Of a stretch of DNA of 64,000 nt, positions 1 to 9,074 are shown in pieces. The position numbers and the translations under genes are program-made. The first letter of the stretch is position 1. Each line of letters starts with the position of its first letter. The notes beneath the pieces were generated by a model that searched no databases, had not been told where the DNA came from, and saw only the letters and a list, made by a program, of their open reading frames with translations. Where the stretch lies: positions 704,001 to 768,000 of the forward strand of contig CAVSOU010000011.1 of NCBI GenBank assembly GCA_963729625.1, written 5' to 3'. This stretch comes from an uncultured bacterium. Its GTDB lineage: Bacteria; Chloroflexota; UBA5177; JANWHV01.

Positions 1-584
1 ATGCCGACCCAGTATGGCTGGCAGAGGGCGGCGGATAGCTTGGCTACTGCTGAGTTTGCCAGGTCGAAGAGCGTGCCGGCGTTCTTGCTCTGCGCGACGG
101 CCATACTCTTGTCCACGACCGTCGTCGTCGTCGCGTCCAGAACTATGACCGTGACCATGAGCCGGTCTCCCATGATCGCGTAGGAGCCGTACACGACGGT
201 GCTGGAACCCAGGGCGTCCGCGACACTCCCGAGAACTGCACTTTCCTCCTCGGGAGTGCTGGCGTTGAGCAACGCCCGATCCTTGGAGAGCCCAATGACC
301 CTGGCGAGTGTGTCCGAAGACGCGATGGTGGCGCACGGATACTTCTTCATCAGTCCGGCCTCAACGATGCCTTGGATCGCTTGGGCGATTCCCTGCTTGT
401 AGGTTGCCTGCGCCATGCCGGGGCTGATCGTGCCTGTGAACGGCGCAATGTACACTTGGTCACGTCCGGCTTCCCCACCGGCAGCCGCCGCCTCGCCCGC
501 GGCGGGCGCCCAGGGGTACATGACTACGGCGACGAAGATACAAACCAGGGAGCGGAGCCACGGATAGTGAGAGCGCAGCTTCAC
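1..584 (-). CDS. Secreted protein with TolB-N/CsgG-like alpha/beta domain (runs off window edge)
   Basis: Not in ORF track. Manual translation from GTG at 584 after AGAAGGGG is open to position 1: MKLRSHYPWLRSLVCIFVAVVMYPWAPAAGEA...VYIAPFTG...VADALGSSTVVYGSYAIMGDRLMVTVIVLDATT. Signal-peptide-like N-terminus; domain guess by pattern only. Confidence 0.6.
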   Translation of the reverse strand, partial: MKLRSHYPWLRSLVCIFVAVVMYPWAPAAGEAAAAGGEAGRDQVYIAPFTGTISPGMAQATYKQGIAQAIQGIVEAGLMKKYPCATIASSDTLARVIGLSKDRALLNASTPEEESAVLGSVADALGSSTVVYGSYAIMGDRLMVTVIVLDATTTTVVDKSMAVAQSKNAGTLFDLANSAVAKLSAALCQPYWVG

Positions 585-751
585 TGGCCATACCCCTTCT
601 ATCGAGTTCTCAGGAGGGCCGGTGGCAGCGCCCGGAGCACCGCCGCCCACGACGACGCGCTCCATGGCTCGACACAACAAGAATAGCGCGCCACCGGCGT
701 CCTTGCCTACTGGCTGCGTGCGCGCAGTCGCCTTTGCGCAAGTTGCAGCGC

Positions 752-844
752 CAGTGGGAGCAGTGGTATCGCGTGCATGTCCCGCGGGCCGACGATCTCT
801 ACGATGAACATCTGGCCACCCTGAAAGCGGAGGGACTGCTATGA
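752..844 (+). pseudogene. C-terminal remnant of a RelE/HigB (Gp49-like) toxin
   Basis: Reads QWEQWYRVHVPRADDLYDEHLATLKAEGLL*, the typical end of HigB/Gp49-like toxins. Stop overlaps the antitoxin start (ATGA at 841-844). Upstream frame is not toxin-like. Confidence 0.6.
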
Positions 845-1161
845 GCGGGCACCGAAAGTGGAGTGATATTCGCGGTCCGCGTACGTCCGAGGAGGAGCCG
901 CGCGTGGTGGCCGGCGTGGCAGCAACGCGCACGATCCTGCGCCTGGCGGAGCTACGGGCGGCACGAGGCGTAACGCAGAGTGCACTGAGCGGCGCGATGG
1001 CCGTCTCGCAGGCCCACATCTCCCAGCTGGAGCGGCGCGATGACCTCTACCTGTCCACGCTTGAGAGCTACGTCCGGGCCCCGGGCGGGGAGTTGCACGT
1101 GCGTGTCGTGTTTCCTGACCAGGAGGAGTACGACCTGCCGGTGCCCGCTGCAGCCTCGTGA
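841..1161 (+). CDS. XRE-family HTH protein, HigA-type antitoxin
   Basis: LAELRAARGVTQSALSGAMAVSQAHISQLERRDDLYLSTLESYVRAPGGEL matches the HigA-type XRE pattern; coupled to the toxin remnant. Confidence 0.85.
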   Translation: MSGHRKWSDIRGPRTSEEEPRVVAGVAATRTILRLAELRAARGVTQSALSGAMAVSQAHISQLERRDDLYLSTLESYVRAPGGELHVRVVFPDQEEYDLPVPAAAS

Positions 1162-1269
1162 AGCGAGGCTCATGCGTCACGAGTAGCAACCGCCAGTGCC
1201 GCTGTCGCACCTGCCATGAGCGTCCAGTCTGGCGTAGCGGCGACGTCGACGATGGCCAGGGCACGTGCA
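927..1269 (+). repeat. Left arm of a ~343-bp imperfect inverted repeat (partner 3843-4185)
   Basis: Antitoxin body plus downstream Cys-rich ORF start align colinearly with the reverse complement of 3843-4185. Confidence 0.9.
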
Positions 1270-1397
1270 AGCGGTGCTATCACGTGTCGGTGTGGCCCGG
1301 CCGTCCCCTGGCCAAGCGAGCCAGGACGACCACGAGGGCATCGGCAACAGCGCTCTGGGAATTGGGGATGCAACTGGAGACAGAGCGGCTGTCCTAG
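1158..1397 (+). CDS. Small putative Zn-binding protein (CxxC...CxxC)
   Basis: GTGA overlap with antitoxin stop; CRTC and CKRC motifs; inverted copy conserves RCRIC..RPVWRGGDV. Confidence 0.35.
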   Translation: MKRGSCVTSSNRQCRCRTCHERPVWRSGDVDDGQGTCKRCYHVSVWPGRPLAKRARTTTRASATALWELGMQLETERLS

Positions 1398-1766
1398 GAG
1401 GGCGACAGCGACGAAGCGACGCCATAGCTGCGCCAAGGTGAATGCGATATGCATGGCGTAGGCCGTTCCGGCGCGCTGGGCGGGCGAAATGCTGTCCAGG
1501 GACCCTCACGTTAGCTGCCCTGCGCTTTCTGCAAGCACCGGCCCTCGAGCGACCCACGCCGCTATGCGCTCGAGCACCGCAAGCTACTGGTGGCGGACGG
1601 CAAGGTGGGCACCGCCTTAGGGAATGTGGTCCAGCGGGTGGCGAACAACGCCTCGCGTTGGTGACGGTTGGACCGCGCGCAAGGTCCGTTCGGCCATCGG
1701 CCTTGACAGCGGCCTCGCGTAAAGTCGGAAGTAAAGGCTGGACGCGGTTCGGCCGAGGAGGACACC

Positions 1767-2282
1767 GTGATCATTCTGTCTGCCCTGACTCGCTCAGTTA
1801 TCCTGGCCGTTCTGGCCTCCATGCTGATCGCGGGTATGCCGATGGTCGCCGGCGCTGGTGCTGCACGATCCGCGAGCACAACCTCGGCGGCTGTGAGTTC
1901 GGGGCCCGTCTTCGTGGTGGGCCGGGAAGGTGGCCACACCCCGCCCATGGTCATGACGATAGACGACACCGGTGCCGTCGCCGTCACCAGCGGCAAACCC
2001 GCGCATACCTGGCGGCCACGCGGCCACCTGTCCCAGGACGCGCGCGACGGCCTGCTGAAGCTGGCGCAGGCCGAGGGCTTCTTCGCGCTGCCAGCAACGA
2101 TCACTGCCGCAGGGCTCGCCAACGGCCCAACCCGGTTTATCAGCATCCGAAGCGGCACGCGGGTCACGCGCGTGACGGTGCGGTTGGCGCGCAACCGCGC
2201 CTTCGACCAGCTCTACGCCGTATTACTGGCCGCAGCAGACGTGGTCGGTGACGCGCCGCCCGGCCAGATGGAGAGCGAGTAG
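1767..2282 (+). CDS. Hypothetical secreted protein
   Basis: GAGGAGG RBS before GTG; hydrophobic signal peptide; 171 aa. Confidence 0.7.
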   Translation: MIILSALTRSVILAVLASMLIAGMPMVAGAGAARSASTTSAAVSSGPVFVVGREGGHTPPMVMTIDDTGAVAVTSGKPAHTWRPRGHLSQDARDGLLKLAQAEGFFALPATITAAGLANGPTRFISIRSGTRVTRVTVRLARNRAFDQLYAVLLAAADVVGDAPPGQMESE

Positions 2283-2438
2283 CGGTCGCCGTGGTCCCCC
2301 CTGTATGAGAATTCTTGCCTCCGTGACGCCCTGCGCCAGGCCGGTGAGAAGGCCGAGTCGCCCCGCACAGTCACTTGCGCTGCTGCTCTCCAGGCCTTGC
2401 CGGGCTTGAGGAGTTTCAAACCTGCGCGTGACCCTTGA

Positions 2439-2469
2439 TCATCAAGCCATCATGGACGGTCTGTACGAT
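2439..2469 (+). promoter_or_regulatory. TCAT-N7-TCAT-N10-TACGAT promoter/operator of DoxX-Rieske
   Basis: TCAT caagcca TCAT ggacggtctg TACGAT; same geometry at four other promoters in the island. Confidence 0.65.
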
Positions 2470-2536
2470 TGGAAGCAGGAATGCGCCGTCTGTCAGTGCG
2501 TACGAGACGGCCACAAGTCATGGAAAGCATAGTGCG

Positions 2537-3640
2537 ATGAAGCTTGATACCGAGCGAATCCTGGCGCGCCTTCCGACCGTCCTCGGCGTTCGGCGTGACC
2601 CGGGCAAGATGTCGTCCCTGGTGATGCTGCCGCTGCGACTGTTCTTTGGCGCGACCTTTGTCTACGCGGGCCTGCAGAAGCTCACCGACCCGCAGTTCTT
2701 CAGCCCGACTGCCCCTGGATTCATCGGCCACCAGATGAGCGGGTTTGTGCGTGCCGGATCGCCACTGTCAGGCCTGATCAACACTATCGCCCTTCCCCAT
2801 GCCAAAGAGTTTGGCGCGCTGATCGCGTTCTGCGAGGTGTGGATTGGCCTGTCCGCTCTCTTCGGCCTGCTCACCCGCTTCGGAGCCCTGGGAGGCCTTG
2901 CCACCAGTCTCACCTTCTACCTGACGGCCACCTGGTCCACGCATCCGTACTTCCTCGGCGCCGATCTCCCCTATGCATTTGGATGGCTAACCCTGGCGCT
3001 TGCGGGACCCGATGCCCTGACCCTCGACAACTACTTCTTTAGCGTGGCTCGCATGCAGGCGATCGAGACCACACGCTTACAACAACGAGGCCGGCGGCGG
3101 TCCCTTGTCGGCACGCCCTCAATGCCCACCATGGTCCCACGCAAGGCCGCGCTGCGCGGACTGGGAACCGCCGCCGGCCTCGTCGTTGGTGGCGGGATTG
3201 TGGGCGCCATTGCCAGAGCCCTGACGCCAAACAGCTCATCGGCAGGGGCGGCGGCGATTCCCACTGTCACGGGCTCGGGAGCAGCTGCCACGAGTTCGGC
3301 TACACCTGCCGGCAGCGGTGCGCAGCCGGGTCAGACCCTTCTGGGCAGCGTCAAGTCGCTGGCGGTGAACAGCGCGGCCTCGTACACCGATCCAAAGTCC
3401 GGCGATCCGGCGCTGCTCATTCACCTGCCTGACGGCAAGTTCGTCGCGTTCGATGCGGTCTGCACGCATGCCGGGTGCACGGTGCAGTACGACCCGACGC
3501 AGCAGCAAATCATCTGCCCGTGTCATGGCGCTGCGTATGATCCTAACCACGCGGCTGCGGTGATTAACGGCCCCGCGCAGCAGCCGCTCACGGTGCTGAA
3601 CGTCAAGGTGGATGCCCAGGGGAACGCCTACGCACTCTGA
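2537..3640 (+). CDS. DoxX/TQO small-subunit (DoxD-like) membrane domain fused to a Rieske [2Fe-2S] domain
   Basis: LPLRLFFGATFVYAGLQKL DoxD-type start, several TM helices, internal Tat-like helix, Rieske boxes CTHAGC and CPCHGA. Start taken at ATG 2537. Confidence 0.88.
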   Translation: MKLDTERILARLPTVLGVRRDPGKMSSLVMLPLRLFFGATFVYAGLQKLTDPQFFSPTAPGFIGHQMSGFVRAGSPLSGLINTIALPHAKEFGALIAFCEVWIGLSALFGLLTRFGALGGLATSLTFYLTATWSTHPYFLGADLPYAFGWLTLALAGPDALTLDNYFFSVARMQAIETTRLQQRGRRRSLVGTPSMPTMVPRKAALRGLGTAAGLVVGGGIVGAIARALTPNSSSAGAAAIPTVTGSGAAATSSATPAGSGAQPGQTLLGSVKSLAVNSAASYTDPKSGDPALLIHLPDGKFVAFDAVCTHAGCTVQYDPTQQQIICPCHGAAYDPNHAAAVINGPAQQPLTVLNVKVDAQGNAYAL

Positions 3641-3842
3641 CTCGGCGCCTGCTACCCCTGCGTGGAGAACACCACACCAAGACGTAGGGTCGACATGTCG
3701 TCGCTATACCGCGCGCTCCCTACTTGGATGAACTCGTGCCTGACGACCCGCTCGTTGAACCGGCCGTGGGCTGAGCCCCTGCGGCGAGCTGCCCGCTGCT
3801 ACCGGTGCCGCTCGAGCACGTCCCTGTCGAAGGCCCGCTGGC

Positions 3843-4185
3843 TGCAGGTGCCCTGGGCGTCGTTGACGTCGCCGCCACGCCAGACCGGGCGCTTGCGGCA
3901 GATGCGACAACGGCGCTGGCGGTTGCCACTCGTGGTGCGCCAGCCTCCCGTCACGAGGCAGCGTCGGGCACCGGCAGGTCGTACTCCTCATGGTCGGGAA
4001 ACACCACACGCACGTGCAACTCCCCGCCCAGGGCCCGGACGTAGCTCTCCAGCGTGGACAGGTAGAGGTCATCCCGCCGCTCTAGCTGGGAGATGTGGGC
4101 CTGCGAGACGGCCATCGCGCCGCTCAGTGCACTCTGCGTTACGCCCCGTGCTGCCCGTAGCTCCGCGAGGCGCAGAATGGTGCGC
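3843..4185 (-). repeat. Right arm of the ~343-bp imperfect inverted repeat (partner 927-1269)
   Basis: Reverse complement aligns with 927-1269. Confidence 0.9.
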
Positions 4186-4193
4186 CCATGCAT
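3951..4193 (-). pseudogene. Second, 5'-truncated copy of the HigA-type antitoxin
   Basis: RTILRLAELRAARGVTQ...YDLPVPDAAS nearly identical to 841-1161 but lacks the first ~29 residues. Confidence 0.75.
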
Positions 4194-4213
4194 CACTATG
4201 CGGTGGCCCCAAA

Positions 4214-4308
4214 GGTCTGACATCGCTCACCCATGCCACGACGTCACGAGGCAACTTCCGGTCTGACGTCACTCACCCCTGCCACGACGTCACGAGGCAA
4301 CTTCCGGT
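4214..4308. repeat. Tandem 46-bp duplication spanning the CDF stop codon
   Basis: ggtctgacatcgctcacccatgccacgacgtcacgaggcaacttcc at 4214 recurs at 4260 with 3 substitutions. Confidence 0.9.
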
Positions 4309-5711
4309 GGGATCTCCGAACCGTCATCGCGCGGCACCGCCTGGATCAGGACGTGATGCAGCCCGGGCACGGCAGCGTGCAGTGCACGCTCGATATCCTC
4401 CGTCCGTTCATGTACGTTGGACATGCCGAGGTCTCCGGGAAACACTACGCGGACCACCAGGTCGAACGCCGGATCGTCGACCGGAGAACCAGCGACGGCG
4501 GGCTGACCCCCTGGGGGAAGCCGACCGTACACCTGTACGTTACGGCATGCGCCGGGAAGGAGCAGACGCTCGACGATGGTACGGACGTGATGCACGATGT
4601 CAGGATGTGCCACGGTGCTGTCGCGACGTCCGGCCAGAGTAGGCGCGAGCGCCTCGAGATGGATATTGAGCGCGCGCAGGCCAGGTATCGTGGCCAGCGC
4701 AGTCGCGTTCAGGCGTGCGACGCGTGCCTGGCCTTGAGCGAGCGAGAGGCTCGGGTCTACTTCCACATGCACATCGGCGTCGAGCGCACCATCGCCGACT
4801 TGCCGCACACGTACATCGTGGACCTGCAGGCCTTCGGCCCGCGCCAGATGCCGGATGGTGTCATCGAGGGGCTCGCCGGAGGCCGCCGCTGGTTCCATCT
4901 TCAGAACCACGTCAATCTCAGCTTCCGGCACAGATGCCCGGATGGCCGCCTCTACGGCCTCAGTTATGGCATGCGCTCCGGAGAAGGTCTCCGTGCGCTG
5001 GATTTGGATGACCAGATCCGCGAACAGCTTATTGCCGACACGGCGAAGGCGCGGCGGCGAGGCGGCAACGACGCCGGGGACCGCGCGCGCCGCGAGGGTG
5101 ATGCGGTCGACGAGCGCCTCGGGAGCCCTATCGAGCAGCGCGTCGACGGTCTCTCGGACCATCCGTCCTCCCACGAAGATGACCACGCCGCACACGCCCA
5201 GGGCGCCAACGGCGTCCGCTCGCTCCCATGCTCCCGCCCAGCCGGTCCATTGCCCGATGCGCACAGCCAGGAGGCCGAAGAGGACCACCAACGAACTCCA
5301 GATGTCAGTGCTGAAGTGCAGCGCATCGGCTTCCAGCGCCTGACTGTGCTGCATACGCGCCGCTTTGCGCAGCGACCGCGACCGCCCGATATCCGTCACG
5401 ATCGACACCGCCATTACCGCGAACGCCCATACACTGGCATCCACATATACGACCTTGTCCAGCAAGCGAGTGATCGCCTCATAGCCGACCCACACGGCCG
5501 TGAGCAACAGGAGCCCAGCCTCCAGAAAGGCGGACAGGTTCTCGACTTTGCCGTGGCCATACGGATGGGCACGGTCGGCGGGACGATCGGATAGCCGAAC
5601 CGCGAAGAGCGTCATGAGGGCCGCGACCAGGTCGAGCCCCGAATGGGCCGCCTCAGCCAGGATGCCCAGTGAGCCTGTTGCCAGTCCAACGATCAACTTG
5701 AGGACGGTCAA
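4290..5711 (-). CDS. Cation diffusion facilitator (FieF-like) with repeated C-terminal dimerisation domains
   Basis: LAEAAHSGLD, HPYGHGKVE, ADALHFSTD motifs. The likely true start is ATG 5800 after AGAGAGGG, one base out of frame (probable indel). Confidence 0.92.
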   Translation of the reverse strand: MTVLKLIVGLATGSLGILAEAAHSGLDLVAALMTLFAVRLSDRPADRAHPYGHGKVENLSAFLEAGLLLLTAVWVGYEAITRLLDKVVYVDASVWAFAVMAVSIVTDIGRSRSLRKAARMQHSQALEADALHFSTDIWSSLVVLFGLLAVRIGQWTGWAGAWERADAVGALGVCGVVIFVGGRMVRETVDALLDRAPEALVDRITLAARAVPGVVAASPPRLRRVGNKLFADLVIQIQRTETFSGAHAITEAVEAAIRASVPEAEIDVVLKMEPAAASGEPLDDTIRHLARAEGLQVHDVRVRQVGDGALDADVHVEVDPSLSLAQGQARVARLNATALATIPGLRALNIHLEALAPTLAGRRDSTVAHPDIVHHVRTIVERLLLPGACRNVQVYGRLPPGGQPAVAGSPVDDPAFDLVVRVVFPGDLGMSNVHERTEDIERALHAAVPGLHHVLIQAVPRDDGSEIPPEVAS

Positions 5712-5893
5712 TCCGAGGCCAGCCAGGACCGACGTCGCCGCGGCAACCTGCTTCGCGTGCGCTCTGGCAGTGAGAGATCCGAGATCGATTGCCGTGGCAT
5801 CCCTCTCTTGCTGGACGTATCGGCTGCAGGCCTACGGGTGCTGTGCGCCCGTCAGGCTCAGTGTAGGGGATGTCCAACCTAGCTACGTGGTTG

Positions 5894-6280
5894 CTACTTA
5901 ATAGTGAAAGGCACATACCCTCCGGCATGGTGCCCATCGTTGGCGGAGATGGTGACCCACAGGAGATTGTAGGATCCCTTTGCCAACGCGGGCACGCTGA
6001 CCGTCATCTGCATGGCGTTGGAAAACGAGACCGCGCTGTTCTGACTGTCGACCTCGCCCTTGTCGCCCGTGGCTTGGAAGACGCCGATGAAACTGCCTTG
6101 GGGGTTGACGCCCTCGACGAATGTGCAGGTAATCGTTTTTGGCGTGGCGGTCAGGTGAGCGCCGGCGGCGACGGTGCATTTCGCCAGCGTGGCGTGTGCC
6201 TGCACCACGTGGGGCAGTACGGCATATGTACCTATCACAAGCCCCAGCACCGCGAGTACACGAGTAGCGCGAGAAACCAT
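5894..6280 (-). CDS. copC: CopC-like copper-binding protein
   Basis: Signal peptide ending VQA-HATL (N-terminal His), C-terminal ISANDGHHAGG motif. Confidence 0.85.
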   Translation of the reverse strand: MVSRATRVLAVLGLVIGTYAVLPHVVQAHATLAKCTVAAGAHLTATPKTITCTFVEGVNPQGSFIGVFQATGDKGEVDSQNSAVSFSNAMQMTVSVPALAKGSYNLLWVTISANDGHHAGGYVPFTIK

Positions 6281-6616
6281 GGGAGTCCTACCTTTCAACG
6301 CAACTATCGCGTCATAGGTTTGTTGGCACCTGCCGCCGATTGCGCCACTGGTCGCATGCCTCTGCGAGGATCCGACGTCGAACGTCTCATCGAGGCTGGA
6401 GAGCATGTGTGTGTCGCACTCGGCACATAGGGCAATGTGCGCGTAGATCGGCCATTCCCCGCCGTGCGCCGCACACCTTGCGCAGCGGGCCTGACGCCCG
6501 GCAGCATCACAACGTGCACCTGGCGCGCTCTGCGAAGCGGCGATTCGTGCTCTTCAACTCCATCGTCTGTGGCTCCTTTTCTGTCTATTGAGCGCATTCG
6601 GACTCATCTGTTATCC

Positions 6617-6647
6617 ACTGTAGAGGCTGAAAATGACGATGAGGTGA
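6617..6647 (-). promoter_or_regulatory. TCAC-N7-TCAT-N10-TACAGT promoter/operator upstream of copC/CDF
   Basis: Minus strand reads TCAC ctcatcg TCAT tttcagcctc TACAGT. Confidence 0.55.
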
Positions 6648-7022
6648 TGAGGGGTAGGTTGCTACGCGAACCATTATCTAACCGTAATCTACGCACATCG
6701 GGTTCATCTTGCGCCACAGTCGGATCTCTGCCTGGAATGCGGGGCGACACAGGAGCTGCCGGCTATCGAGATAGAGGATCTGCGAGCACGCCTGCACAAT
6801 CGATACGGCTTTGAGGCGTGTATCGAACACTACGCTATCTCAGGTCACGGCAGCGCACGGTTCGGTCGCCTAACTGCGTCTGACAATCGTGGTGAGCAAC
6901 GCTGAAATCGTGCGGTCGCGCGGACGCCAGGTGTCCGGCGTGATCCCGCTCATATGGGGCGTAGTGACGCTCGAGCAGGGGCTGCGTATGACCGTCGGAC
7001 AGGCCAAACCGCTGGTGAGCGC

Positions 7023-7394
7023 TCACACCCCGCCCGGTGCGGCGAGCTGGGGACTGCTACCGCTCGCGGCGTTGGCGTTTGCACGCTCCCTGACCGAGGC
7101 GGATGAGGTGGCGGCGCGAAGACGCTGAGGAAGCCTATCCCGCAGCGCGTCGCGAGCCGTCAGGATCAGCACGAGAACCGTTGACGTGTCGGCGCGAAGC
7201 TGCCGCACAAGCTCCAGCACGTCAACGCCCGGCAGCATGACATCGACGATCAGTGCGTCATGGTCTTGAGTCTGCGCCATATCCAGACCGTCGTTTCCAT
7301 CATAGACCACATCGACGGTGTGCCGCTGGTGCATGAGGCCGCGCCCCAGGAGATTGGCGACCGCCATGTCATCCTCTACCAGCAGGGCGCGCAT
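7023..7394 (-). pseudogene. OmpR-type response regulator, receiver only, truncated at ~7130
   Basis: MRALLVEDD...DVMLPGVD...LILTARDALRDR then unrelated sequence; no GADDYL.KPF or winged helix. Confidence 0.85.
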
Positions 7395-7418
7395 AGAGGA
7401 CCTTCAATCTCTTGACCG

Positions 7419-7460
7419 AGAATAGCGAAGCGACATGATGATCACATGGCAGTATGGTGA
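7419..7460 (-). promoter_or_regulatory. TCAC-N7-CCAT-N7-TCAT-N10-TATTCT promoter/operator of the response regulator
   Basis: Same spacing as the other four sites; consistent with autoregulation. Confidence 0.55.
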
Positions 7461-7506
7461 TTCTTCCGGAGCAGCGAGATCACACTGTGGTCAAAGACAA
7501 ATCAAA

Positions 7507-8856
7507 TCAAGTGCGCGGCAGAGTCACGGTGAACCTAGCCCCGTTGGGACTGACGTTCGCCGCCCTGATATGTCCGCCATGTGCCTCGGCAATCCAGCGG
7601 CCGATGGCGAGTCCCAGCCCGCCGCCGGACATCGTGCGTTCTCGACCACCCCGATAGAAGCGGTCAAACAGGTGAGGCAGGTCCTTGGGGTCGATGCCGG
7701 GACCGGAATCCTGGACCTCCAGCGCTGCACGGCTTCCATGCACCGTCACACTCACGCTGATCGTGCCGCCGTCGGGCGTATGCTTGAGTGCGTTGTCCAA
7801 CAGAATCAGGACAAGCTGGCGGAGGCGAACCCAATCGCCGCGCATCGCCACGCTCGGAGGCGCCTGCGCGGTCAGGCGCACATCGCGCTCGGCCGCCAGC
7901 AGCTCGATGCCAGAGACGGCATCGCGCACCGTCGACGCCAGGTCCATCTGCTGCCGCTCGAGACTGAGCACGCCGCTATCCGCATGGGCAAGTAGGGAGA
8001 GGTCGTCGACCAGGCGCGCCAGGTGCACACTCTCGGCCAGCGCTTGCTCCAGGGCCGACTGCTGCTCCCCGGGATCACCGCTTTCCAGGCCGAGCTCGGC
8101 AGCGGTACGCACGATCGCCACCGGTGTCCGAAGCTCGTGCGCGGCATCGGCGACGAAGTCGCGTTGGCGTCGTAGTGAGCGGCGGATGGGACGCATAGCC
8201 CGTCCCACGACGATGAGGGTGATGATCACGGCGGCGGCGACGCCGACGAGGCTGGCGATCAGGACGTCGCGCAGGATCGTGCGCACACTCTCGTCGTACT
8301 GGTGGAGCGACACGCCCAGCTGGGCGACTCCCAAGGTCCTGGCGCCCTCCTGGAGCGGTATCGTGTAGATGAGGTAGCGATCGTTTGGCGGACCGCTGAT
8401 AGTGGAATATGTCCGCGTGTGGTCGATGAGGACGTGTTTCGCCGCACCGGGATCGGGCACTCGCCCGTTGAAGACGCTGACGCTGCCACCCTGCACGCTG
8501 AGCCCGGCATCGACGACGACCAGGAACACGCCACCGGACGTCAACTCGGATTCGGCAGTCGTGCGAATGACCTCGCTTGGGTCGCCGCCGTCGCTGCCGT
8601 CGCTCCCCGCATTCTCGGAGTCGATAAGTACCTTCACGTCGGCGTCGGCATGCGAGCGCAGGGTATCGCGGAGGGACTGCTCCATCGCCGAGCTGGTCGT
8701 CACGTAGACAACGGCCAGGATGGCGACGACCAGGACGACCAGCGACGCCGTGGTAATCAGGGCCAGCCGGCGCGCCACGCCCCGCACGACCCGCTGGTCG
8801 GGTTCTGAGCCGCTGCGCTGAGACCAGCGGTGTGGTTGGTCGGTGGGATTCGACAT
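7507..8856 (-). CDS. Membrane sensor histidine kinase (HisKA + HATPase_c)
   Basis: Two TM helices; DAAHELRTP H-box; LDNALKH, DSGPGI, FDRFYR, GGGLGLAI boxes. Confidence 0.95.
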   Translation of the reverse strand: MSNPTDQPHRWSQRSGSEPDQRVVRGVARRLALITTASLVVLVVAILAVVYVTTSSAMEQSLRDTLRSHADADVKVLIDSENAGSDGSDGGDPSEVIRTTAESELTSGGVFLVVVDAGLSVQGGSVSVFNGRVPDPGAAKHVLIDHTRTYSTISGPPNDRYLIYTIPLQEGARTLGVAQLGVSLHQYDESVRTILRDVLIASLVGVAAAVIITLIVVGRAMRPIRRSLRRQRDFVADAAHELRTPVAIVRTAAELGLESGDPGEQQSALEQALAESVHLARLVDDLSLLAHADSGVLSLERQQMDLASTVRDAVSGIELLAAERDVRLTAQAPPSVAMRGDWVRLRQLVLILLDNALKHTPDGGTISVSVTVHGSRAALEVQDSGPGIDPKDLPHLFDRFYRGGRERTMSGGGLGLAIGRWIAEAHGGHIRAANVSPNGARFTVTLPRT

Positions 8857-9074
8857 GCTACCTCAGAACCGCACTCGCAGTCCTCGCTGTGTGCCGGCGA
8901 ATTTCCCGGCGCCTGCGGGAACCTGCCGCGGCAGCACCGGGGTTCCCATGCAGTACGCCGATGCTGCCGCGGTGAGTCGTCCCGTGTCCCAACCTGTGGC
9001 TGGCTAGAATGCCCAATCAAGAGGTGCCCGGGACGGCGGAAGGCGGTGCCGGCGCCACCTGCCGCCTCAAGCGG

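Noticed and set aside
4233-5594. 453-aa plus-strand ORF
   Set aside because: Antisense shadow of the CDF gene; typical of high-GC coding DNA, no motifs.
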